Assembly: GCA_964016885.1 (NCBI GenBank)
Contig: OZ024740.1
Coordinates: forward strand, 336,288,001-336,352,000
Reading direction: 5' to 3'
DNA length: 64,000 nt
DNA from: Eledone cirrhosa
Taxonomy: Eukaryota
The first letter of the stretch is position 1. Every line of letters begins with the position of its first letter. Position numbers and translations under genes: made by a program. Shown here one piece after another: positions 51,106-61,845 of the stretch. The notes beneath the pieces are model-generated. The model made no database searches. It saw only the letters and a program-made list of their open reading frames with translations, and was not told the DNA's origin.

Positions 51106-52917
51106 TCACGGAGGTTTGAATTTTATGAATTTAGTGGCTATTCTATGCCTGCAGAAGATAGATCTTTCTAATTTATTATTAAGTAGTCTTTTAACATTTC
51201 TAAGGATATACAATAGCTCAAGATCACACAGCCCGCAATAGGACATACCTGTACAATAGGTTTTAGCAGCCGACAACTTCGACCAGTTGATAGTGTAGCT
51301 AGCGTTGCTGTCCTTCAATTCCCATATTTTTCTGGCTAGGGTGGTGGAACCCATAAGAGCTCGGTTTTTCATCGAGTGCCTGTGCACATACCATCTTTTC
51401 TTAAAAGAACCCGCGGTGGATCCTATGTAATTCCAAGTGGAGTTACCCGAGATGACAGTGCACATGTACACCAGGCTCGAATCGAGACATCTATTCGCCA
51501 ATGGGCACCTATCTGGGAGGTGACAGTTGCAGTTTGAGGCGCTATTATGTGCAGCTTTTACATTCCTATTTAGTACCCTGTTATAAGTGGGTTGTGATAT
51601 ATGCCCAATGGGGTTTTGCTGCTGCGCGTTTGTATGCGCTTGTGGTTGTGATGTTGTGATGAGTTTGTGCTTATGTATAGGTGCAATTGATTTACTTGAG
51701 ATATTTCTGCGGTTGATCTTGCGTATGTGTGATTCTATGTTAGCTGCTGTTGAAAAAGAGAGTTTTATAGTAGATCTATTGAGTAGTTTGTGATATCTAT
51801 GCGAGATAGGGAAGTGTTTATCTATTAGTTTAAAGAATATAGAGGGCAGTCTAGTTTTTATAGAGGAGTTGAATATTGGGTTGAACCATAGGTATTTCCT
51901 TTGTCTGTTTCTTCTATTGTTTCTAGGGTTTACGTTATTAGTGTTTTGGCCGTTTACTCTAGGTGTTACATGTCTAACCCTATGTCTAGTCAAGCTATTC
52001 CTATTATTATGTGAGCTGTTGGAGTAGAAATTACTAGGATTGTTTATGTTGTCCTTATTCACTATATACTGTAGTTTATCTTTATGACCGGCCCTACTTA
52101 ATGCTGCATTATAATAGTCAGCATGCTCGTTAAAGATTTCTAGGTTTGAGGATAGGCGGGATATTCGGAGGGATATACTACGTGCTATGGATTTAATTAT
52201 GGATTTGGGGTGATTTGAGTTGTAACTAATGTAGGCAAGATTTTCATTATTTTTGTGGAAAGGTTCTATTAATCCAGTATTTAGATTTAGAGTTACATCT
52301 AGAAAATTTACCTTCTTATGGTTTAGTTCGTAGGTAATACTTAGGCCTAGTTTTTTGAAGAATATTCTAATATTTTTCCTTAGTCTTTCCATGCTCTGGT
52401 TGTTTAGGTTCCTAGCTATAAGTAACGTGTCGTCCCTATAAATTCCTCCTTGGAGGTTACTGAATTCCTTATGTAGGTTGTGTGCTATGAATAGCCCCAC
52501 GATATCTGTAATTTGCGCAGAATCATTTGAACCCATTGTAATATCGAAGCTATTTATTCTATCCTTTCTTACCCAGTAGTTATTTTCAAATTTTACGATA
52601 GTCCTTCTAGCCGCTATTATTATTTCAATTTCATCATGGGTAAGATCAGAGTTATTTTGGGCAAATATAAGCGCCTTATCTAGGGTAGCTGGGGATATGG
52701 ATGCATAATAGTCGTCTATATCAAATTGTATGAAGTTAATTAATAAAATTAGATTAATATGCCCATCCAAGTCAGACATAGGTAAAATTAGCAAAAACAT
52801 TCTAGATAGGGTAATCGCACAAATAAAGGGTAAACTAGAAATCAATCTATGGGGCAACACTAACGAGGCAATTAAATGGTTCAATAAAATACAAAATAGG
52901 GATACGTGTAACTTCAT
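51106..52917 (-). CDS. Naiad-like RT + GIY-YIG (inverted arm; first ~60 aa are antisense spacer)
   Basis: Identical to the plus-strand ORF from NFIQFD onward except VHRH vs VHRQ. Confidence 0.7.
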   Translation of the reverse strand: MKLHVSLFCILLNHLIASLVLPHRLISSLPFICAITLSRMFLLILPMSDLDGHINLILLINFIQFDIDDYYASISPATLDKALIFAQNNSDLTHDEIEIIIAARRTIVKFENNYWVRKDRINSFDITMGSNDSAQITDIVGLFIAHNLHKEFSNLQGGIYRDDTLLIARNLNNQSMERLRKNIRIFFKKLGLSITYELNHKKVNFLDVTLNLNTGLIEPFHKNNENLAYISYNSNHPKSIIKSIARSISLRISRLSSNLEIFNEHADYYNAALSRAGHKDKLQYIVNKDNINNPSNFYSNSSHNNRNSLTRHRVRHVTPRVNGQNTNNVNPRNNRRNRQRKYLWFNPIFNSSIKTRLPSIFFKLIDKHFPISHRYHKLLNRSTIKLSFSTAANIESHIRKINRRNISSKSIAPIHKHKLITTSQPQAHTNAQQQNPIGHISQPTYNRVLNRNVKAAHNSASNCNCHLPDRCPLANRCLDSSLVYMCTVISGNSTWNYIGSTAGSFKKRWYVHRHSMKNRALMGSTTLARKIWELKDSNASYTINWSKLSAAKTYCTGMSYCGLCDLELLYILRNVKRLLNNKLERSIFCRHRIATKFIKFKPP

Positions 52918-54541
52918 ACAATTTGATATAGACGACTATTATGCATCCATATCCCCAGCTACCCTAGATAAGGCGCTTATATTTGCCCAAAATAACTCTG
53001 ATCTTACCCATGATGAAATTGAAATAATAATAGCGGCTAGAAGGACTATCGTAAAATTTGAAAATAACTACTGGGTAAGAAAGGATAGAATAAATAGCTT
53101 CGATATTACAATGGGTTCAAATGATTCTGCGCAAATTACAGATATCGTGGGGCTATTCATAGCACACAACCTACATAAGGAATTCAGTAACCTCCAAGGA
53201 GGAATTTATAGGGACGACACGTTACTTATAGCTAGGAACCTAAACAACCAGAGCATGGAAAGACTAAGGAAAAATATTAGAATATTCTTCAAAAAACTAG
53301 GCCTAAGTATTACCTACGAACTAAACCATAAGAAGGTAAATTTTCTAGATGTAACTCTAAATCTAAATACTGGATTAATAGAACCTTTCCACAAAAATAA
53401 TGAAAATCTTGCCTACATTAGTTACAACTCAAATCACCCCAAATCCATAATTAAATCCATAGCACGTAGTATATCCCTCCGAATATCCCGCCTATCCTCA
53501 AACCTAGAAATCTTTAACGAGCATGCTGACTATTATAATGCAGCATTAAGTAGGGCCGGTCATAAAGATAAACTACAGTATATAGTGAATAAGGACAACA
53601 TAAACAATCCTAGTAATTTCTACTCCAACAGCTCACATAATAATAGGAATAGCTTGACTAGACATAGGGTTAGACATGTAACACCTAGAGTAAACGGCCA
53701 AAACACTAATAACGTAAACCCTAGAAACAATAGAAGAAACAGACAAAGGAAATACCTATGGTTCAACCCAATATTCAACTCCTCTATAAAAACTAGACTG
53801 CCCTCTATATTCTTTAAACTAATAGATAAACACTTCCCTATCTCGCATAGATATCACAAACTACTCAATAGATCTACTATAAAACTCTCTTTTTCAACAG
53901 CAGCTAACATAGAATCACACATACGCAAGATCAACCGCAGAAATATCTCAAGTAAATCAATTGCACCTATACATAAGCACAAACTCATCACAACATCACA
54001 ACCACAAGCGCATACAAACGCGCAGCAGCAAAACCCCATTGGGCATATATCACAACCCACTTATAACAGGGTACTAAATAGGAATGTAAAAGCTGCACAT
54101 AATAGCGCCTCAAACTGCAACTGTCACCTCCCAGATAGGTGCCCATTGGCGAATAGATGTCTCGATTCGAGCCTGGTGTACATGTGCACTGTCATCTCGG
54201 GTAACTCCACTTGGAATTACATAGGATCCACCGCGGGTTCTTTTAAGAAAAGATGGTATGTGCACAGGCAATCGATGAAAAACCGAGCTCTTATGGGTTC
54301 CACCACCCTAGCCAGAAAAATATGGGAATTGAAGGACAGCAACGCTAGCTACACTATCAACTGGTCGAAGTTGTCGGCTGCTAAAACCTATTGTACAGGT
54401 ATGTCCTATTGCGGGCTGTGTGATCTTGAGCTATTGTATATCCTTAGAAATGTTAAAAGACTACTTAATAATAAATTAGAAAGATCTATCTTCTGCAGGC
54501 ATAGAATAGCCACTAAATTCATAAAATTCAAACCTCCGTGA
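52730..54541 (+). CDS. Naiad-like RT + GIY-YIG, N-terminally truncated but uninterrupted
   Basis: IRLICP, FDIDDYYASI, FDITMGSNDSAQITDIVG, YRDD, NFLDV, NCNC...CPL..RC, LVY...YIGST and CGLC...CRH. Confidence 0.9.
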   Translation: MKLINKIRLICPSKSDIGKISKNILDRVIAQIKGKLEINLWGNTNEAIKWFNKIQNRDTCNFIQFDIDDYYASISPATLDKALIFAQNNSDLTHDEIEIIIAARRTIVKFENNYWVRKDRINSFDITMGSNDSAQITDIVGLFIAHNLHKEFSNLQGGIYRDDTLLIARNLNNQSMERLRKNIRIFFKKLGLSITYELNHKKVNFLDVTLNLNTGLIEPFHKNNENLAYISYNSNHPKSIIKSIARSISLRISRLSSNLEIFNEHADYYNAALSRAGHKDKLQYIVNKDNINNPSNFYSNSSHNNRNSLTRHRVRHVTPRVNGQNTNNVNPRNNRRNRQRKYLWFNPIFNSSIKTRLPSIFFKLIDKHFPISHRYHKLLNRSTIKLSFSTAANIESHIRKINRRNISSKSIAPIHKHKLITTSQPQAHTNAQQQNPIGHISQPTYNRVLNRNVKAAHNSASNCNCHLPDRCPLANRCLDSSLVYMCTVISGNSTWNYIGSTAGSFKKRWYVHRQSMKNRALMGSTTLARKIWELKDSNASYTINWSKLSAAKTYCTGMSYCGLCDLELLYILRNVKRLLNNKLERSIFCRHRIATKFIKFKPP

Positions 54542-54871
54542 ATCGAACCAACATAACATAGCTTTAAATTAGGATACCTACTACCCACAAAATATATATT
54601 CATTAAGTATACTATTTCCTTCACAAGTCTATACCACACAATAGTCTGTAAATACCTCATCTACCAACAATCTTACTCCTTCTCAGCTGCTGCAATCATT
54701 TGATCCTAGATCCTAGTTTTTCTCATTTCACTACTACAATGTTACTTTACCCTCTTTTTGCCATATTACAATTAGCACGCTTTTCTCTTTGCATGTATGT
54801 ATATTTTTGTACGAGTGTATATTAGTGTGTATGTATTTGTCTATGTACACATATGTGTGTATATGTATTTA

Positions 54872-54954
<83 letters not shown>

Positions 54955-55309
54955 AGATATATGCGTATATTAATTCGTTAACCTCTGTATTAACTCTACT
55001 ACTATTGAGCTTTGACAGTGGTCCCACTCATGTATACGGTTGAAGATGAAGAGAAAGACTGTAAAAACTAGCTTATCTTTATAATTTAAAATTGATACAC
55101 ACTACGATACTTTTTGCCTTATGACAGCTGGTTTTCACGCCGTAACATTAGATACATTATATACCCCCCACCTAAGTAATGTCAGGGTCTCCTTAAATAG
55201 TTTATTGATAGCATTGTTGTAATAATTGTTGTTGTTTATTGTTCTAATTGAATGCCATAACTACTCCATATTTTCTTTTATTTTCTTGCCTGTGTATTTT
55301 CTTCATTCT

Positions 55310-55426
55310 CGCATGCTCCGAAGATCTGACTGGTTATAATTCTGTATTGGCGATCGAGTGACGCAAAATTAGGCGGATAGCGATCTCTAGACATACCAGT
55401 TCAGTGAAACAAATGTAAGCTATGTG
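55310..55426 (+). ncRNA. Type I hammerhead with CCGAAGA core and ~80 nt stem II
   Basis: cgcatgct-CCGAAGA-t-ctgactgg...ccagttcag-t-GAAAC-aaat-GTA-agctatgtg. Predicted cleavage after 55417. Confidence 0.75.
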
Positions 55427-55645
55427 ATTAAAAACTTTTTTGTATAGCAAACCATGTAAACCTTCTTTCCTGATTTATTATTACTCCAAGTGTTTACAAC
55501 ATAGGAATTACAGCATACCCGCAGCATCACTATGAAAACGCCTTGTTGAGTCAAACCAAGCCAAGCGTTAATATCATCCACTACCTGGAATACCATAACT
55601 GGACTTCACCTAAGTGGACTGCATTTAACTATTATTTGTTAATCC

Positions 55646-55646
<1 letters not shown>

Positions 55647-55705
<59 letters not shown>

Positions 55706-55874
55706 TATATATATATATATATACTATATATATATACTATATATATATACTATATATATATATATACTATATATATATACTATATATATATATACTATAT
55801 ATATATATATATATATATACTATATATATATACTATATATATATATATACTATATATATATATATATATATATA

Positions 55875-55916
<42 letters not shown>

Positions 55917-56063
55917 ATAATAATAAATATATACTATATATATATAGTAATAATAATAAATATATACTATATATATATAGTAATAATAATAAATATATAC
56001 TATATATATATAGTAATAATAATAAATATATACTATATATATATATATAGTAATAATAATAAA
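55647..56063. repeat. C-interrupted (TA)n followed by five ~31-37 bp units agtaataataataaat(atatac)(ta)n
   Basis: Direct inspection. Confidence 0.9.
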
Positions 56064-56280
56064 TTTCAAGACTAAAATCCAAAGAGGGCTCGATAAGGAT
56101 AAATATATATCAAATATATAAGAACCGTAGAGCAAATATTTATTAAAATAAAAGATTAAAGTTTAAACAAAGAACCGCTGCTTTCACCCTGAACGGGATC
56201 TTCTGAAACTAACAAAGTCAATCTGTGAACGCAGAAGTGAATATTTCAAAAAACGTTGGATATTATAATAATAATAATAA

Positions 56281-56468
56281 TAATTGTTTCTACTTTTGGC
56301 ACAAGGCCAGCAATTACCCTAGTACATTACTGGTACTTTATTTTATCGACCCCGTAAGGATGAAAGGCAAAGTTAACCTCGGCGGGATTTGAACTCAGAC
56401 CGTAAAGGGACGTAACTATGCTGGAAAGCATGGCGTCCGACTCTCTACCGATACTGCCAATCCTCCAC
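56281..56468 (-). mobile_element. Family-A SINE
   Basis: Nearly identical to 35028-35212. Confidence 0.85.
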
Positions 56469-56471
56469 TTT

Positions 56472-56509
<38 letters not shown>

Positions 56510-56511
56510 AC

Positions 56512-57521
56512 ATTTCAGAAGTCCCATTTACTGCTGAAATGGAAAACACAGAAAAAGCAAAGCTGGTAAAAGTAATTGCAAAGAAAGAACTGCTACAGAA
56601 ACTGGCTAAGAAATGGCAAGAAAAGCCTCTGTATGGAAAATACCCAGAACGAGCTAACAATCCTGATGTTGACAAAACTTTAACCCATCAGTGGTTGGCA
56701 TCCTCTGGACTGAAATCGGAGACTGAAGGACTGATTATATCAGCACAAGATCAGTGTCTGCCAACCAAAAATTACCAAGACAACATAATAAAAAATGGAT
56801 GCAGCCCAGTATGCCGTGTATGTAAAAAACAACCAGAGACCATTGACCATATAATTTCAATGTGCAGTCCTATAGCTCCAACCGAATACCTAAACAGGCA
56901 TGACAGAGCTGCACAATACATACATTGGATAATGTGTAAGCATTTTGACCTGCCCCATCAAAAGAATTGGTGGGAGCATCAACCACCTCCAAAAATTGAA
57001 AAAGATCACATCTCAATCTTGTGGAACTTTAGCATCTAAACAGACCGAAAAATAGATGCAAATAGACCTGATATAATATTGAAGGACTTTAAAAAGAGGG
57101 TATGCCTGCTAATTGATATGTCCGTTCCAATAGACAAGAATGTATCTATAAAAACATTTGAAAAATTGAGCAAGTATAAGGACCTGGAGATAGAAATTGG
57201 AAAAATGTGGAAATTGAGAACTAAAACAATACCAGTGGTTGTAGGCGCTCTAGGAATGATACCTAAGGGGTCTAATGATTACTTATCGCAAATCCCAGGA
57301 AACCCGCGTATAGGAGAAATACAAAAGATAGTACTAATGGGAACTGCCCATATACTAAGGAAGATTCTGTCAATATAAGTACATCACAAGTCTAAACACT
57401 AAAGATGCATGTGTGAGTATGTATGTTCTTTCTTGAACATGGCGGACCTTGTTGTCTCTTGGGGTCACTGGTTGTGACTTGGTGATAACTCGTATGAACA
57501 TAAAGCAAGATAAATGCAGCT

Positions 57522-57522
<1 letters not shown>
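56512..57522 (+). mobile_element. 5'-truncated copy of the R4/Dong-like element inside (TAA)n
   Basis: Near-identical to the reverse complement of 13604-14615. Nonsense TAA at 57037; (TAA)n on both sides. Confidence 0.93.
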
Positions 57523-57569
<47 letters not shown>

Positions 57570-57827
57570 GGACGTTTTGTTATGTCTTCATTACGTTTAT
57601 TGAGTAGTGACGCGCGTTTCGCTATTGATCAGCTCAGGATTCGATCTGTATCGATCTAGCCCGACTCTGGAATCGGACCTCTGGTGTGGTAATGAAGACA
57701 TAATAAATCGCCCTTGTATTATTATTATTACACTCTGCTTAGTTCTACACCTCTTTACAGACTGGAAACTACGCATCGAATGGTCACTCGGGTGACTCTA
57801 CAGTAACTCCACGTTACACGTTACACC

Positions 57828-58001
<174 letters not shown>

Positions 58002-58028
58002 CAGTGATGCATTGGAACTCAATTTATT

Positions 58029-58107
58029 GTGTTACAATTGTTTCCCCGGCGAACAGCTCCGTGTGTGTGGATCTACCTGACTCTAGACTCGCAGGTTCCT
58101 CGGACAC
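58029..58107 (-). ncRNA. Type I hammerhead with CCGAGGA core and extended stem II
   Basis: gtgt-CCGAGGA-a-cctgcga...tcgccggg-GAAAC-aatt-GTA-acac-AATAAA, between TA tracts. Confidence 0.78.
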
Positions 58108-58156
58108 GTCTATTGATTTCGGATCATATCCTCTTTATATACATATATATATAATA

Positions 58157-58755
58157 TGGTGGCTGCCAACTCGTTTTCGAGTACGGCCACCACTTTATAT
58201 CCATGTAGGAGAACCCCTACCGATGCACTGAACGAGTGTGACTTTTTAGTCCACCCAGCGTATTGAAAACTCTGGTACAAACACTACACCTGTGACAATT
58301 ATTGACACAGTGCTGGGCCCATGGTACCATGTGACGAAAAGTGCAGAGAGATCTCCAGATATAAAGCAATGCCTGTGCCGTGAAGCTTTTATAGTGAGCA
58401 AAGGCACTGCACAAACCCAGTCCCACTCACTTAACCAAGATGATATTTACCAAAAAGAAGAACAAGGCAACATCATTGGATACCATCAGGGTTGCAGGTG
58501 TTATATCAGAGTTTTCCTTCTCCTAGAATTCTGCCCTGACAAAGGCTAAGGAGTCATCTCTCCCGGTGATTTTGGATGGCCATTGGCTCTTAAGAGCTCC
58601 TTTGACAGGTTTTGTTTTTAGTCCTGCAGGATGTCCAAAGTCACCCTCCTCACCAAGAAACCTTGATGGGGTTGCCAGTTTAGTTGCCAACGACCCGACC
58701 ATGAGACAGGTTGTACTGGGATACATGTTACCAGTAGCACCAACTGGTGACCTGA
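58157..58755 (-). mobile_element. RTE-derived non-autonomous element (second copy)
   Basis: Homologous to 28661-29253. Contains [22 protein letters not shown]. Confidence 0.75.
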
Positions 58756-58954
58756 TATACATGTATATACATGTATATATACACGTGTATATATACATGT
58801 ATATATATATATACACGTATACATGTTCGTATGTGCATGTATGTCTATAATAATCTGTGTATTTATGATTGTGTGTGTATGTGTGTGGTGAGAGGTATTA
58901 CTCTACTTTTGCATTGAATACTCTATTTTCGTACATGTAAATTCATTTGCAGAT

Positions 58955-59310
58955 ATGTGTGTAGGTGCATGTATTCATGTTTATATGTATTTTTGTATGT
59001 TTGCATATATGTATGTATGCATGTGTGTATGCATATATGTATGTATGTGTGTATGTATGCATATATGTATGCATGTATGCATGTATGTGTGCATGTATGC
59101 ATATGTATGCATGTGTGTATGTATGCACATATGTATATATGCATGTGTGTATGTATGCATATATGTATGTGTGTATGTATGCATATATGTCTGTGTGCAT
59201 GTGTGTATATATGTATGTGTGTATGTATGCATATATGTATGTATGCATTTGTGTATGTACGCATGTATGTGTGCATGTATGCATATATGTATGTATTTGT
59301 GTATGTACCT
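58955..59310. repeat. Degenerate TATG/TGCA simple-repeat tract
   Basis: Direct inspection. Confidence 0.85.
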
Positions 59311-59931
59311 ATGTTCATCTGGTTTGTGGTATTTCATATATTTTTCGCCAATAGACAAGAGGTGGTTTCTAACAGGAAGAACACTCTTTGGAATTTAGAC
59401 ATTAACTAGGTAATCACGTGTGTGTTTAGTGTGTATGTGTGTGTATGTGTGTGTGTAGTGTGTATGTGTGTGTGCATGTGTGTGTGTGTGTATAGGTATG
59501 TATATATATCCCCTATTTATATATCGATCTATATATCTCGAGTTGTATCTCCCTTCTCCTCTTTACTCCTCTTTCATTCTTATTCCTTCTGTCAATGCAA
59601 ATTTTGCAATAACTCTCCACTCTCTATTTCTCTATATCTCTCTCATTCGCTCTATATCCATCTATCCATCTATCAATCTATCTATCTATCTATCTATCTA
59701 TCATCTAGCTGTCGTCTGTTCTACAGTGTGGATGTCATTCACTTCGCACAGAAGTTTTGTTCAAATTTATTGAGGAAATTTTGTGAGTTCAAACTTAATT
59801 TTGATACAATTGTGTAGCTTGACCCTCCGTCTGAACTGTCAGGCGGTGGGTCAGCTCATCTTTACCCCTCCTAGAGGTGAAAAACCTGTTTTAAAAAATT
59901 TTGTGTAAAAAATTTCAATCGTCTAACAGAA

Positions 59932-61812
59932 ATGTTAAACGCAGCGAACGAAAATAGTGGTGGGGGGACAGCGGTAAGAGTTGTAAGCTCGCACGCTTTA
60001 GTCCTCCCTTCCTTCCCAACTAACGTCATAGAGAAGGAAGGAAAAATGAAAATAAAAACGGACGAATCTGCGGAGGAAAAAAAATTAAATGACGAAAACA
60101 ACGAAAAAAAAAAATTTGAAAAATTGCATGACAATACTAATAACACAAACAAAGACACAACAAACAAAAAAATAACAGTTGAAAATAACATAATATCAGA
60201 AAACAAAGCAGACGACAAGATTTCTTTTGCACAGAAAACAAAGAAATCTTTGACTTATATAGCGGAAAACATTTCAGATGTGGTACGAAGGATCACGGAC
60301 GCAAAACAATACATAAGTGAAGGTGAGAATGGTATTTTATTGGTAAAAATGCCTCAAGAATTCACGAAAGACATTGAAAGCCGAACGGTCAAGTTTCGGA
60401 CCATCAACAACAGTACAAAAAAACCTGAACAGCCTTCTCAAGCAGATATCAAAACAGTACTCGCAGAAGTACTGAATGAAACAACTTTCATAAGAAAAGA
60501 CAGACTGTATGGAAGCCTAGCAATTATCATGAAGAACGAATCGGCGGCAAAAAAATGTGCTTTGTCACCGATTCGTTCGAAAAATTTCACCTTTTATCCA
60601 TCTTATATGGGGAAAAAAACTCAACGCATATGGCTGGATGCAATGATGCCAGATGTGGACTACTGCTGGCTCATAGCTGGCTTCATCGATCCAGTGAATG
60701 ACAACGTGATTTCCATTGGGAAAACCACAGGCAATGCGTTCAGTGGAACAGGTATAGAGCTGGTAGTACAAATGAAGCCTGAACGCATCGCCCAAATACC
60801 CGACAGAATCCTATTAGAGGACCACGGGTATATAAACATTAGCGTGGAGGGGAGAAGGCCGTCCTGCCATATCTGTGCAGGCAGAGGGCACCTGAAGGCC
60901 GCTTGTCCCCAACTCAACAAAAAGAAAACCCTGCTACCAACACCAGCTCCACCACCACCACCACAACAGATAAACAAACAACAAAACTCAGTCCCACCCA
61001 ACCCGTCCCTCAGTAACACCACAACACCACCACAACACAAACAGTCACAACACATTACCCCAAAACAAAATACAGGCCCACCCAACCTCTCACTCAATAA
61101 AACAACACAACCACCGCAGACACAACACACAACACAGTCTAACATAGTGACATCCATCTCCCCCACAAAGAAAACCAACACGGAAACATTACCAGCAAAC
61201 ATACCTCTTCCCTCCAACACTGAAGATAACCCAACGAATTCGGAGGAAGAAACGGAGTCCTTCAGACAGATTAAAAGGAAAAAAAGAAAACATGTGCAAA
61301 ACACACAAGGACAAACAACCCCCACCCAAATCGCAACACAATCTAACAAAACAGAAAACACCCCTCCAGCAACAAACAAAACCAAACCTGCCCCTCCCCT
61401 CTTCGAAACACTCACACCATCGGAAAAAAAGACATTACACTATACTTACATCAACAGAAACAATAATAAATTAAATGAACTCATATACAATAATCCTTCG
61501 GTACAAACCGAAGGTGTAAACTTTGTTTCATCAGAAAACCACCCACATTTAAAACTAATAAAAATCCCAATGAACCTCTACCAAAAACTAAAAAAGGATT
61601 TTAAGGAGGACGTAGGACCACCCTCTGTCAAACCCATAAACCGCGTCCTACTAAAAAGCTTTCCCCCTCCCCTTCCCCTCCCCAACACAACTCCAAACAC
61701 CCCAACCCCACCACACACCGACGACCCCACACCACCACAAGACACCCCTTCACCCAACACCCCCGACCCCATGGAAGTCGTGCAACCCGAACCCCGGGAA
61801 GCGGAAAGGTAG
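59932..61812 (+). CDS. Tx1-like ORF1 with CCHC zinc knuckle and Pro/Thr-rich region
   Basis: CHICAGRGHLKAAC; 626 aa open frame. Confidence 0.85.
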   Translation: MLNAANENSGGGTAVRVVSSHALVLPSFPTNVIEKEGKMKIKTDESAEEKKLNDENNEKKKFEKLHDNTNNTNKDTTNKKITVENNIISENKADDKISFAQKTKKSLTYIAENISDVVRRITDAKQYISEGENGILLVKMPQEFTKDIESRTVKFRTINNSTKKPEQPSQADIKTVLAEVLNETTFIRKDRLYGSLAIIMKNESAAKKCALSPIRSKNFTFYPSYMGKKTQRIWLDAMMPDVDYCWLIAGFIDPVNDNVISIGKTTGNAFSGTGIELVVQMKPERIAQIPDRILLEDHGYINISVEGRRPSCHICAGRGHLKAACPQLNKKKTLLPTPAPPPPPQQINKQQNSVPPNPSLSNTTTPPQHKQSQHITPKQNTGPPNLSLNKTTQPPQTQHTTQSNIVTSISPTKKTNTETLPANIPLPSNTEDNPTNSEEETESFRQIKRKKRKHVQNTQGQTTPTQIATQSNKTENTPPATNKTKPAPPLFETLTPSEKKTLHYTYINRNNNKLNELIYNNPSVQTEGVNFVSSENHPHLKLIKIPMNLYQKLKKDFKEDVGPPSVKPINRVLLKSFPPPLPLPNTTPNTPTPPHTDDPTPPQDTPSPNTPDPMEVVQPEPREAER

Positions 61813-61845
61813 GTCTCTACACTCTCCTTTGGCTCTGCCGCCCAC

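Larger units (their letters stand above)
50178..55647. mobile_element. Palindromic tail-out Naiad-like Penelope insertion
   Basis: Arms 50178-52738 and 52909-55477, a 170 bp spacer, an extra ~170 bp on the right, and C-interrupted (TA)n tracts on both sides. Confidence 0.92.

Noticed and set aside
54539-54556. Selenocysteine read-through of the Naiad-like terminal TGA
   Set aside because: Only four codons follow before TAA, and all motif cysteines use TGT/TGC.
55913-56063. CRISPR-like repeat-spacer array
   Set aside because: Spacers are only (TA)n, the context is eukaryotic and there are no cas genes.
57606-57666. Minus-strand hammerhead 3' half (GAAAC-gcgc-GTC)
   Set aside because: The catalytic core is largely deleted.
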